Assembly: GCA_000004985.1 (NCBI GenBank)
Contig: GG739232.1
Reading direction: 5' to 3' (one strand)
Origin: Naegleria gruberi
Lineage: Eukaryota
Length of the DNA stretch: 36,293 nt
The notes below the pieces were generated by a model. The model searched no databases. It saw nothing but the letters and a program-made list of their open reading frames with translations, and was not told where the DNA came from. The position numbers and the translations under genes are program-made. Positions 10,501 through 22,500 of the stretch are shown piece by piece. Each line of letters opens with the position of its first letter. Within the stretch, counting starts at the first letter, position 1.

Positions 10501-13500
10501 NNNNNNNNNNNNNNNNNNNNNNNNNNNNNNNNNNNNNNNNNNNNNNNNNNNNNNNNNNNNNNNNNNNNNNNNNNNNNNNNNNNNNNNNNNNNNNNNNNNN
10601 NNNNNNNNNNNNNNNNNNNNNNNNNNNNNNNNNNNNNNNNNNNNNNNNNNNNNNNNNNNNNNNNNNNNNNNNNNNNNNNNNNNNNNNNNNNNNNNNNNNN
10701 NNNNNNNNNNNNNNNNNNNNNNNNNNNNNNNNNNNNNNNNNNNNNNNNNNNNNNNNNNNNNNNNNNNNNNNNNNNNNNNNNNNNNNNNNNNNNNNNNNNN
10801 NNNNNNNNNNNNNNNNNNNNNNNNNNNNNNNNNNNNNNNNNNNNNNNNNNNNNNNNNNNNNNNNNNNNNNNNNNNNNNNNNNNNNNNNNNNNNNNNNNNN
10901 NNNNNNNNNNNNNNNNNNNNNNNNNNNNNNNNNNNNNNNNNNNNNNNNNNNNNNNNNNNNNNNNNNNNNNNNNNNNNNNNNNNNNNNNNNNNNNNNNNNN
11001 NNNNNNNNNNNNNNNNNNNNNNNNNNNNNNNNNNNNNNNNNNNNNNNNNNNNNNNNNNNNNNNNNNNNNNNNNNNNNNNNNNNNNNNNNNNNNNNNNNNN
11101 NNNNNNNNNNNNNNNNNNNNNNNNNNNNNNNNNNNNNNNNNNNNNNNNNNNNNNNNNNNNNNNNNNNNNNNNNNNNNNNNNNNNNNNNNNNNNNNNNNNN
11201 NNNNNNNNNNNNNNNNNNNNNNNNNNNNNNNNNNNNNNNNNNNNNNNNNNNNNNNNNNNNNNNNNNNNNNNNNNNNNNNNNNNNNNNNNNNNNNNNNNNN
11301 NNNNNNNNNNNNNNNNNNNNNNNNNNNNNNNNNNNNNNNNNNNNNNNNNNNNNNNNNNNNNNNNNNNNNNNNNNNNNNNNNNNNNNNNNNNNNNNNNNNN
11401 NNNNNNNNNNNNNNNNNNNNNNNNNNNNNNNNNNNNNNNNNNNNNNNNNNNNNNNNNNNNNNNNNNNNNNNNNNNNNNNNNNNNNNNNNNNNNNNNNNNN
11501 NNNNNNNNNNNNNNNNNNNNNNNNNNNNNNNNNNNNNNNNNNNNNNNNNNNNNNNNNNNNNNNNNNNNNNNNNNNNNNNNNNNNNNNNNNNNNNNNNNNN
11601 NNNNNNNNNNNNNNNNNNNNNNNNNNNNNNNNNNNNNNNNNNNNNNNNNNNNNNNNNNNNNNNNNNNNNNNNNNNNNNNNNNNNNNNNNNNNNNNNNNNN
11701 NNNNNNNNNNNNNNNNNNNNNNNNNNNNNNNNNNNNNNNNNNNNNNNNNNNNNNNNNNNNNNNNNNNNNNNNNNNNNNNNNNNNNNNNNNNNNNNNNNNN
11801 NNNNNNNNNNNNNNNNNNNNNNNNNNNNNNNNNNNNNNNNNNNNNNNNNNNNNNNNNNNNNNNNNNNNNNNNNNNNNNNNNNNNNNNNNNNNNNNNNNNN
11901 NNNNNNNNNNNNNNNNNNNNNNNNNNNNNNNNNNNNNNNNNNNNNNNNNNNNNNNNNNNNNNNNNNNNNNNNNNNNNNNNNNNNNNNNNNNNNNNNNNNN
12001 NNNNNNNNNNNNNNNNNNNNNNNNNNNNNNNNNNNNNNNNNNNNNNNNNNNNNNNNNNNNNNNNNNNNNNNNNNNNNNNNNNNNNNNNNNNNNNNNNNNN
12101 NNNNNNNNNNNNNNNNNNNNNNNNNNNNNNNNNNNNNNNNNNNNNNNNNNNNNNNNNNNNNNNNNNNNNNNNNNNNNNNNNNNNNNNNNNNNNNNNNNNN
12201 NNNNNNNNNNNNNNNNNNNNNNNNNNNNNNNNNNNNNNNNNNNNNNNNNNNNNNNNNNNNNNNNNNNNNNNNNNNNNNNNNNNNNNNNNNNNNNNNNNNN
12301 NNNNNNNNNNNNNNNNNNNNNNNNNNNNNNNNNNNNNNNNNNNNNNNNNNNNNNNNNNNNNNNNNNNNNNNNNNNNNNNNNNNNNNNNNNNNNNNNNNNN
12401 NNNNNNNNNNNNNNNNNNNNNNNNNNNNNNNNNNNNNNNNNNNNNNNNNNNNNNNNNNNNNNNNNNNNNNNNNNNNNNNNNNNNNNNNNNNNNNNNNNNN
12501 NNNNNNNNNNNNNNNNNNNNNNNNNNNNNNNNNNNNNNNNNNNNNNNNNNNNNNNNNNNNNNNNNNNNNNNNNNNNNNNNNNNNNNNNNNNNNNNNNNNN
12601 NNNNNNNNNNNNNNNNNNNNNNNNNNNNNNNNNNNNNNNNNNNNNNNNNNNNNNNNNNNNNNNNNNNNNNNNNNNNNNNNNNNNNNNNNNNNNNNNNNNN
12701 NNNNNNNNNNNNNNNNNNNNNNNNNNNNNNNNNNNNNNNNNNNNNNNNNNNNNNNNNNNNNNNNNNNNNNNNNNNNNNNNNNNNNNNNNNNNNNNNNNNN
12801 NNNNNNNNNNNNNNNNNNNNNNNNNNNNNNNNNNNNNNNNNNNNNNNNNNNNNNNNNNNNNNNNNNNNNNNNNNNNNNNNNNNNNNNNNNNNNNNNNNNN
12901 NNNNNNNNNNNNNNNNNNNNNNNNNNNNNNNNNNNNNNNNNNNNNNNNNNNNNNNNNNNNNNNNNNNNNNNNNNNNNNNNNNNNNNNNNNNNNNNNNNNN
13001 NNNNNNNNNNNNNNNNNNNNNNNNNNNNNNNNNNNNNNNNNNNNNNNNNNNNNNNNNNNNNNNNNNNNNNNNNNNNNNNNNNNNNNNNNNNNNNNNNNNN
13101 NNNNNNNNNNNNNNNNNNNNNNNNNNNNNNNNNNNNNNNNNNNNNNNNNNNNNNNNNNNNNNNNNNNNNNNNNNNNNNNNNNNNNNNNNNNNNNNNNNNN
13201 NNNNNNNNNNNNNNNNNNNNNNNNNNNNNNNNNNNNNNNNNNNNNNNNNNNNNNNNNNNNNNNNNNNNNNNNNNNNNNNNNNNNNNNNNNNNNNNNNNNN
13301 NNNNNNNNNNNNNNNNNNNNNNNNNNNNNNNNNNNNNNNNNNNNNNNNNNNNNNNNNNNNNNNNNNNNNNNNNNNNNNNNNNNNNNNNNNNNNNNNNNNN
13401 NNNNNNNNNNNNNNNNNNNNNNNNNNNNNNNNNNNNNNNNNNNNNNNNNNNNNNNNNNNNNNNNNNNNNNNNNNNNNNNNNNNNNNNNNNNNNNNNNNNN

Positions 13501-16500
13501 NNNNNNNNNNNNNNNNNNNNNNNNNNNNNNNNNNNNNNNNNNNNNNNNNNNNNNNNNNNNNNNNNNNNNNNNNNNNNNNNNNNNNNNNNNNNNNNNNNNN
13601 NNNNNNNNNNNNNNNNNNNNNNNNNNNNNNNNNNNNNNNNNNNNNNNNNNNNNNNNNNNNNNNNNNNNNNNNNNNNNNNNNNNNNNNNNNNNNNNNNNNN
13701 NNNNNNNNNNNNNNNNNNNNNNNNNNNNNNNNNNNNNNNNNNNNNNNNNNNNNNNNNNNNNNNNNNNNNNNNNNNNNNNNNNNNNNNNNNNNNNNNNNNN
13801 NNNNNNNNNNNNNNNNNNNNNNNNNNNNNNNNNNNNNNNNNNNNNNNNNNNNNNNNNNNNNNNNNNNNNNNNNNNNNNNNNNNNNNNNNNNNNNNNNNNN
13901 NNNNNNNNNNNNNNNNNNNNNNNNNNNNNNNNNNNNNNNNNNNNNNNNNNNNNNNNNNNNNNNNNNNNNNNNNNNNNNNNNNNNNNNNNNNNNNNNNNNN
14001 NNNNNNNNNNNNNNNNNNNNNNNNNNNNNNNNNNNNNNNNNNNNNNNNNNNNNNNNNNNNNNNNNNNNNNNNNNNNNNNNNNNNNNNNNNNNNNNNNNNN
14101 NNNNNNNNNNNNNNNNNNNNNNNNNNNNNNNNNNNNNNNNNNNNNNNNNNNNNNNNNNNNNNNNNNNNNNNNNNNNNNNNNNNNNNNNNNNNNNNNNNNN
14201 NNNNNNNNNNNNNNNNNNNNNNNNNNNNNNNNNNNNNNNNNNNNNNNNNNNNNNNNNNNNNNNNNNNNNNNNNNNNNNNNNNNNNNNNNNNNNNNNNNNN
14301 NNNNNNNNNNNNNNNNNNNNNNNNNNNNNNNNNNNNNNNNNNNNNNNNNNNNNNNNNNNNNNNNNNNNNNNNNNNNNNNNNNNNNNNNNNNNNNNNNNNN
14401 NNNNNNNNNNNNNNNNNNNNNNNNNNNNNNNNNNNNNNNNNNNNNNNNNNNNNNNNNNNNNNNNNNNNNNNNNNNNNNNNNNNNNNNNNNNNNNNNNNNN
14501 NNNNNNNNNNNNNNNNNNNNNNNNNNNNNNNNNNNNNNNNNNNNNNNNNNNNNNNNNNNNNNNNNNNNNNNNNNNNNNNNNNNNNNNNNNNNNNNNNNNN
14601 NNNNNNNNNNNNNNNNNNNNNNNNNNNNNNNNNNNNNNNNNNNNNNNNNNNNNNNNNNNNNNNNNNNNNNNNNNNNNNNNNNNNNNNNNNNNNNNNNNNN
14701 NNNNNNNNNNNNNNNNNNNNNNNNNNNNNNNNNNNNNNNNNNNNNNNNNNNNNNNNNNNNNNNNNNNNNNNNNNNNNNNNNNNNNNNNNNNNNNNNNNNN
14801 NNNNNNNNNNNNNNNNNNNNNNNNNNNNNNNNNNNNNNNNNNNNNNNNNNNNNNNNNNNNNNNNNNNNNNNNNNNNNNNNNNNNNNNNNNNNNNNNNNNN
14901 NNNNNNNNNNNNNNNNNNNNNNNNNNNNNNNNNNNNNNNNNNNNNNNNNNNNNNNNNNNNNNNNNNNNNNNNNNNNNNNNNNNNNNNNNNNNNNNNNNNN
15001 NNNNNNNNNNNNNNNNNNNNNNNNNNNNNNNNNNNNNNNNNNNNNNNNNNNNNNNNNNNNNNNNNNNNNNNNNNNNNNNNNNNNNNNNNNNNNNNNNNNN
15101 NNNNNNNNNNNNNNNNNNNNNNNNNNNNNNNNNNNNNNNNNNNNNNNNNNNNNNNNNNNNNNNNNNNNNNNNNNNNNNNNNNNNNNNNNNNNNNNNNNNN
15201 NNNNNNNNNNNNNNNNNNNNNNNNNNNNNNNNNNNNNNNNNNNNNNNNNNNNNNNNNNNNNNNNNNNNNNNNNNNNNNNNNNNNNNNNNNNNNNNNNNNN
15301 NNNNNNNNNNNNNNNNNNNNNNNNNNNNNNNNNNNNNNNNNNNNNNNNNNNNNNNNNNNNNNNNNNNNNNNNNNNNNNNNNNNNNNNNNNNNNNNNNNNN
15401 NNNNNNNNNNNNNNNNNNNNNNNNNNNNNNNNNNNNNNNNNNNNNNNNNNNNNNNNNNNNNNNNNNNNNNNNNNNNNNNNNNNNNNNNNNNNNNNNNNNN
15501 NNNNNNNNNNNNNNNNNNNNNNNNNNNNNNNNNNNNNNNNNNNNNNNNNNNNNNNNNNNNNNNNNNNNNNNNNNNNNNNNNNNNNNNNNNNNNNNNNNNN
15601 NNNNNNNNNNNNNNNNNNNNNNNNNNNNNNNNNNNNNNNNNNNNNNNNNNNNNNNNNNNNNNNNNNNNNNNNNNNNNNNNNNNNNNNNNNNNNNNNNNNN
15701 NNNNNNNNNNNNNNNNNNNNNNNNNNNNNNNNNNNNNNNNNNNNNNNNNNNNNNNNNNNNNNNNNNNNNNNNNNNNNNNNNNNNNNNNNNNNNNNNNNNN
15801 NNNNNNNNNNNNNNNNNNNNNNNNNNNNNNNNNNNNNNNNNNNNNNNNNNNNNNNNNNNNNNNNNNNNNNNNNNNNNNNNNNNNNNNNNNNNNNNNNNNN
15901 NNNNNNNNNNNNNNNNNNNNNNNNNNNNNNNNNNNNNNNNNNNNNNNNNNNNNNNNNNNNNNNNNNNNNNNNNNNNNNNNNNNNNNNNNNNNNNNNNNNN
16001 NNNNNNNNNNNNNNNNNNNNNNNNNNNNNNNNNNNNNNNNNNNNNNNNNNNNNNNNNNNNNNNNNNNNNNNNNNNNNNNNNNNNNNNNNNNNNNNNNNNN
16101 NNNNNNNNNNNNNNNNNNNNNNNNNNNNNNNNNNNNNNNNNNNNNNNNNNNNNNNNNNNNNNNNNNNNNNNNNNNNNNNNNNNNNNNNNNNNNNNNNNNN
16201 NNNNNNNNNNNNNNNNNNNNNNNNNNNNNNNNNNNNNNNNNNNNNNNNNNNNNNNNNNNNNNNNNNNNNNNNNNNNNNNNNNNNNNNNNNNNNNNNNNNN
16301 NNNNNNNNNNNNNNNNNNNNNNNNNNNNNNNNNNNNNNNNNNNNNNNNNNNNNNNNNNNNNNNNNNNNNNNNNNNNNNNNNNNNNNNNNNNNNNNNNNNN
16401 NNNNNNNNNNNNNNNNNNNNNNNNNNNNNNNNNNNNNNNNNNNNNNNNNNNNNNNNNNNNNNNNNNNNNNNNNNNNNNNNNNNNNNNNNNNNNNNNNNNN

Positions 16501-19500
16501 NNNNNNNNNNNNNNNNNNNNNNNNNNNNNNNNNNNNNNNNNNNNNNNNNNNNNNNNNNNNNNNNNNNNNNNNNNNNNNNNNNNNNNNNNNNNNNNNNNNN
16601 NNNNNNNNNNNNNNNNNNNNNNNNNNNNNNNNNNNNNNNNNNNNNNNNNNNNNNNNNNNNNNNNNNNNNNNNNNNNNNNNNNNNNNNNNNNNNNNNNNNN
16701 NNNNNNNNNNNNNNNNNNNNNNNNNNNNNNNNNNNNNNNNNNNNNNNNNNNNNNNNNNNNNNNNNNNNNNNNNNNNNNNNNNNNNNNNNNNNNNNNNNNN
16801 NNNNNNNNNNNNNNNNNNNNNNNNNNNNNNNNNNNNNNNNNNNNNNNNNNNNNNNNNNNNNNNNNNNNNNNNNNNNNNNNNNNNNNNNNNNNNNNNNNNN
16901 NNNNNNNNNNNNNNNNNNNNNNNNNNNNNNNNNNNNNNNNNNNNNNNNNNNNNNNNNNNNNNNNNNNNNNNNNNNNNNNNNNNNNNNNNNNNNNNNNNNN
17001 NNNNNNNNNNNNNNNNNNNNNNNNNNNNNNNNNNNNNNNNNNNNNNNNNNNNNNNNNNNNNNNNNNNNNNNNNNNNNNNNNNNNNNNNNNNNNNNNNNNN
17101 NNNNNNNNNNNNNNNNNNNNNNNNNNNNNNNNNNNNNNNNNNNNNNNNNNNNNNNNNNNNNNNNNNNNNNNNNNNNNNNNNNNNNNNNNNNNNNNNNNNN
17201 NNNNNNNNNNNNNNNNNNNNNNNNNNNNNNNNNNNNNNNNNNNNNNNNNNNNNNNNNNNNNNNNNNNNNNNNNNNNNNNNNNNNNNNNNNNNNNNNNNNN
17301 NNNNNNNNNNNNNNNNNNNNNNNNNNNNNNNNNNNNNNNNNNNNNNNNNNNNNNNNNNNNNNNNNNNNNNNNNNNNNNNNNNNNNNNNNNNNNNNNNNNN
17401 NNNNNNNNNNNNNNNNNNNNNNNNNNNNNNNNNNNNNNNNNNNNNNNNNNNNNNNNNNNNNNNNNNNNNNNNNNNNNNNNNNNNNNNNNNNNNNNNNNNN
17501 NNNNNNNNNNNNNNNNNNNNNNNNNNNNNNNNNNNNNNNNNNNNNNNNNNNNNNNNNNNNNNNNNNNNNNNNNNNNNNNNNNNNNNNNNNNNNNNNNNNN
17601 NNNNNNNNNNNNNNNNNNNNNNNNNNNNNNNNNNNNNNNNNNNNNNNNNNNNNNNNNNNNNNNNNNNNNNNNNNNNNNNNNNNNNNNNNNNNNNNNNNNN
17701 NNNNNNNNNNNNNNNNNNNNNNNNNNNNNNNNNNNNNNNNNNNNNNNNNNNNNNNNNNNNNNNNNNNNNNNNNNNNNNNNNNNNNNNNNNNNNNNNNNNN
17801 NNNNNNNNNNNNNNNNNNNNNNNNNNNNNNNNNNNNNNNNNNNNNNNNNNNNNNNNNNNNNNNNNNNNNNNNNNNNNNNNNNNNNNNNNNNNNNNNNNNN
17901 NNNNNNNNNNNNNNNNNNNNNNNNNNNNNNNNNNNNNNNNNNNNNNNNNNNNNNNNNNNNNNNNNNNNNNNNNNNNNNNNNNNNNNNNNNNNNNNNNNNN
18001 NNNNNNNNNNNNNNNNNNNNNNNNNNNNNNNNNNNNNNNNNNNNNNNNNNNNNNNNNNNNNNNNNNNNNNNNNNNNNNNNNNNNNNNNNNNNNNNNNNNN
18101 NNNNNNNNNNNNNNNNNNNNNNNNNNNNNNNNNNNNNNNNNNNNNNNNNNNNNNNNNNNNNNNNNNNNNNNNNNNNNNNNNNNNNNNNNNNNNNNNNNNN
18201 NNNNNNNNNNNNNNNNNNNNNNNNNNNNNNNNNNNNNNNNNNNNNNNNNNNNNNNNNNNNNNNNNNNNNNNNNNNNNNNNNNNNNNNNNNNNNNNNNNNN
18301 NNNNNNNNNNNNNNNNNNNNNNNNNNNNNNNNNNNNNNNNNNNNNNNNNNNNNNNNNNNNNNNNNNNNNNNNNNNNNNNNNNNNNNNNNNNNNNNNNNNN
18401 NNNNNNNNNNNNNNNNNNNNNNNNNNNNNNNNNNNNNNNNNNNNNNNNNNNNNNNNNNNNNNNNNNNNNNNNNNNNNNNNNNNNNNNNNNNNNNNNNNNN
18501 NNNNNNNNNNNNNNNNNNNNNNNNNNNNNNNNNNNNNNNNNNNNNNNNNNNNNNNNNNNNNNNNNNNNNNNNNNNNNNNNNNNNNNNNNNNNNNNNNNNN
18601 NNNNNNNNNNNNNNNNNNNNNNNNNNNNNNNNNNNNNNNNNNNNNNNNNNNNNNNNNNNNNNNNNNNNNNNNNNNNNNNNNNNNNNNNNNNNNNNNNNNN
18701 NNNNNNNNNNNNNNNNNNNNNNNNNNNNNNNNNNNNNNNNNNNNNNNNNNNNNNNNNNNNNNNNNNNNNNNNNNNNNNNNNNNNNNNNNNNNNNNNNNNN
18801 NNNNNNNNNNNNNNNNNNNNNNNNNNNNNNNNNNNNNNNNNNNNNNNNNNNNNNNNNNNNNNNNNNNNNNNNNNNNNNNNNNNNNNNNNNNNNNNNNNNN
18901 NNNNNNNNNNNNNNNNNNNNNNNNNNNNNNNNNNNNNNNNNNNNNNNNNNNNNNNNNNNNNNNNNNNNNNNNNNNNNNNNNNNNNNNNNNNNNNNNNNNN
19001 NNNNNNNNNNNNNNNNNNNNNNNNNNNNNNNNNNNNNNNNNNNNNNNNNNNNNNNNNNNNNNNNNNNNNNNNNNNNNNNNNNNNNNNNNNNNNNNNNNNN
19101 NNNNNNNNNNNNNNNNNNNNNNNNNNNNNNNNNNNNNNNNNNNNNNNNNNNNNNNNNNNNNNNNNNNNNNNNNNNNNNNNNNNNNNNNNNNNNNNNNNNN
19201 NNNNNNNNNNNNNNNNNNNNNNNNNNNNNNNNNNNNNNNNNNNNNNNNNNNNNNNNNNNNNNNNNNNNNNNNNNNNNNNNNNNNNNNNNNNNNNNNNNNN
19301 NNNNNNNNNNNNNNNNNNNNNNNNNNNNNNNNNNNNNNNNNNNNNNNNNNNNNNNNNNNNNNNNNNNNNNNNNNNNNNNNNNNNNNNNNNNNNNNNNNNN
19401 NNNNNNNNNNNNNNNNNNNNNNNNNNNNNNNNNNNNNNNNNNNNNNNNNNNNNNNNNNNNNNNNNNNNNNNNNNNNNNNNNNNNNNNNNNNNNNNNNNNN

Positions 19501-22500
19501 NNNNNNNNNNNNNNNNNNNNNNNNNNNNNNNNNNNNNNNNNNNNNNNNNNNNNNNNNNNNNNNNNNNNNNNNNNNNNNNNNNNNNNNNNNNNNNNNNNNN
19601 NNNNNNNNNNNNNNNNNNNNNNNNNNNNNNNNNNNNNNNNNNNNNNNNNNNNNNNNNNNNNNNNNNNNNNNNNNNNNNNNNNNNNNNNNNNNNNNNNNNN
19701 NNNNNNNNNNNNNNNNNNNNNNNNNNNNNNNNNNNNNNNNNNNNNNNNNNNNNNNNNNNNNNNNNNNNNNNNNNNNNNNNNNNNNNNNNNNNNNNNNNNN
19801 NNNNNNNNNNNNNNNNNNNNNNNNNNNNNNNNNNNNNNNNNNNNNNNNNNNNNNNNNNNNNNNNNNNNNNNNNNNNNNNNNNNNNNNNNNNNNNNNNNNN
19901 NNNNNNNNNNNNNNNNNNNNNNNNNNNNNNNNNNNNNNNNNNNNNNNNNNNNNNNNNNNNNNNNNNNNNNNNNNNNNNNNNNNNNNNNNNNNNNNNNNNN
20001 NNNNNNNNNNNNNNNNNNNNNNNNNNNNNNNNNNNNNNNNNNNNNNNNNNNNNNNNNNNNNNNNNNNNNNNNNNNNNNNNNNNNNNNNNNNNNNNNNNNN
20101 NNNNNNNNNNNNNNNNNNNNNNNNNNNNNNNNNNNNNNNNNNNNNNNNNNNNNNNNNNNNNNNNNNNNNNNNNNNNNNNNNNNNNNNNNNNNNNNNNNNN
20201 NNNNNNNNNNNNNNNNNNNNNNNNNNNNNNNNNNNNNNNNNNNNNNNNNNNNNNNNNNNNNNNNNNNNNNNNNNNNNNNNNNNNNNNNNNNNNNNNNNNN
20301 NNNNNNNNNNNNNNNNNNNNNNNNNNNNNNNNNNNNNNNNNNNNNNNNNNNNNNNNNNNNNNNNNNNNNNNNNNNNNNNNNNNNNNNNNNNNNNNNNNNN
20401 NNNNNNNNNNNNNNNNNNNNNNNNNNNNNNNNNNNNNNNNNNNNNNNNNNNNNNNNNNNNNNNNNNNNNNNNNNNNNNNNNNNNNNNNNNNNNNNNNNNN
20501 NNNNNNNNNNNNNNNNNNNNNNNNNNNNNNNNNNNNNNNNNNNNNNNNNNNNNNNNNNNNNNNNNNNNNNNNNNNNNNNNNNNNNNNNNNNNNNNNNNNN
20601 NNNNNNNNNNNNNNNNNNNNNNNNNNNNNNNNNNNNNNNNNNNNNNNNNNNNNNNNNNNNNNNNNNNNNNNNNNNNNNNNNNNNNNNNNNNNNNNNNNNN
20701 NNNNNNNNNNNNNNNNNNNNNNNNNNNNNNNNNNNNNNNNNNNNNNNNNNNNNNNNNNNNNNNNNNNNNNNNNNNNNNNNNNNNNNNNNNNNNNNNNNNN
20801 NNNNNNNNNNNNNNNNNNNNNNNNNNNNNNNNNNNNNNNNNNNNNNNNNNNNNNNNNNNNNNNNNNNNNNNNNNNNNNNNNNNNNNNNNNNNNNNNNNNN
20901 NNNNNNNNNNNNNNNNNNNNNNNNNNNNNNNNNNNNNNNNNNNNNNNNNNNNNNNNNNNNNNNNNNNNNNNNNNNNNNNNNNNNNNNNNNNNNNNNNNNN
21001 NNNNNNNNNNNNNNNNNNNNNNNNNNNNNNNNNNNNNNNNNNNNNNNNNNNNNNNNNNNNNNNNNNNNNNNNNNNNNNNNNNNNNNNNNNNNNNNNNNNN
21101 NNNNNNNNNNNNNNNNNNNNNNNNNNNNNNNNNNNNNNNNNNNNNNNNNNNNNNNNNNNNNNNNNNNNNNNNNNNNNNNNNNNNNNNNNNNNNNNNNNNN
21201 NNNNNNNNNNNNNNNNNNNNNNNNNNNNNNNNNNNNNNNNNNNNNNNNNNNNNNNNNNNNNNNNNNNNNNNNNNNNNNNNNNNNNNNNNNNNNNNNNNNN
21301 NNNNNNNNNNNNNNNNNNNNNNNNNNNNNNNNNNNNNNNNNNNNNNNNNNNNNNNNNNNNNNNNNNNNNNNNNNNNNNNNNNNNNNNNNNNNNNNNNNNN
21401 NNNNNNNNNNNNNNNNNNNNNNNNNNNNNNNNNNNNNNNNNNNNNNNNNNNNNNNNNNNNNNNNNNNNNNNNNNNNNNNNNNNNNNNNNNNNNNNNNNNN
21501 NNNNNNNNNNNNNNNNNNNNNNNNNNNNNNNNNNNNNNNNNNNNNNNNNNNNNNNNNNNNNNNNNNNNNNNNNNNNNNNNNNNNNNNNNNNNNNNNNNNN
21601 NNNNNNNNNNNNNNNNNNNNNNNNNNNNNNNNNNNNNNNNNNNNNNNNNNNNNNNNNNNNNNNNNNNNNNNNNNNNNNNNNNNNNNNNNNNNNNNNNNNN
21701 NNNNNNNNNNNNNNNNNNNNNNNNNNNNNNNNNNNNNNNNNNNNNNNNNNNNNNNNNNNNNNNNNNNNNNNNNNNNNNNNNNNNNNNNNNNNNNNNNNNN
21801 NNNNNNNNNNNNNNNNNNNNNNNNNNNNNNNNNNNNNNNNNNNNNNNNNNNNNNNNNNNNNNNNNNNNNNNNNNNNNNNNNNNNNNNNNNNNNNNNNNNN
21901 NNNNNNNNNNNNNNNNNNNNNNNNNNNNNNNNNNNNNNNNNNNNNNNNNNNNNNNNNNNNNNNNNNNNNNNNNNNNNNNNNNNNNNNNNNNNNNNNNNNN
22001 NNNNNNNNNNNNNNNNNNNNNNNNNNNNNNNNNNNNNNNNNNNNNNNNNNNNNNNNNNNNNNNNNNNNNNNNNNNNNNNNNNNNNNNNNNNNNNNNNNNN
22101 NNNNNNNNNNNNNNNNNNNNNNNNNNNNNNNNNNNNNNNNNNNNNNNNNNNNNNNNNNNNNNNNNNNNNNNNNNNNNNNNNNNNNNNNNNNNNNNNNNNN
22201 NNNNNNNNNNNNNNNNNNNNNNNNNNNNNNNNNNNNNNNNNNNNNNNNNNNNNNNNNNNNNNNNNNNNNNNNNNNNNNNNNNNNNNNNNNNNNNNNNNNN
22301 NNNNNNNNNNNNNNNNNNNNNNNNNNNNNNNNNNNNNNNNNNNNNNNNNNNNNNNNNNNNNNNNNNNNNNNNNNNNNNNNNNNNNNNNNNNNNNNNNNNN
22401 NNNNNNNNNNNNNNNNNNNNNNNNNNNNNNNNNNNNNNNNNNNNNNNNNNNNNNNNNNNNNNNNNNNNNNNNNNNNNNNNNNNNNNNNNNNNNNNNNNNN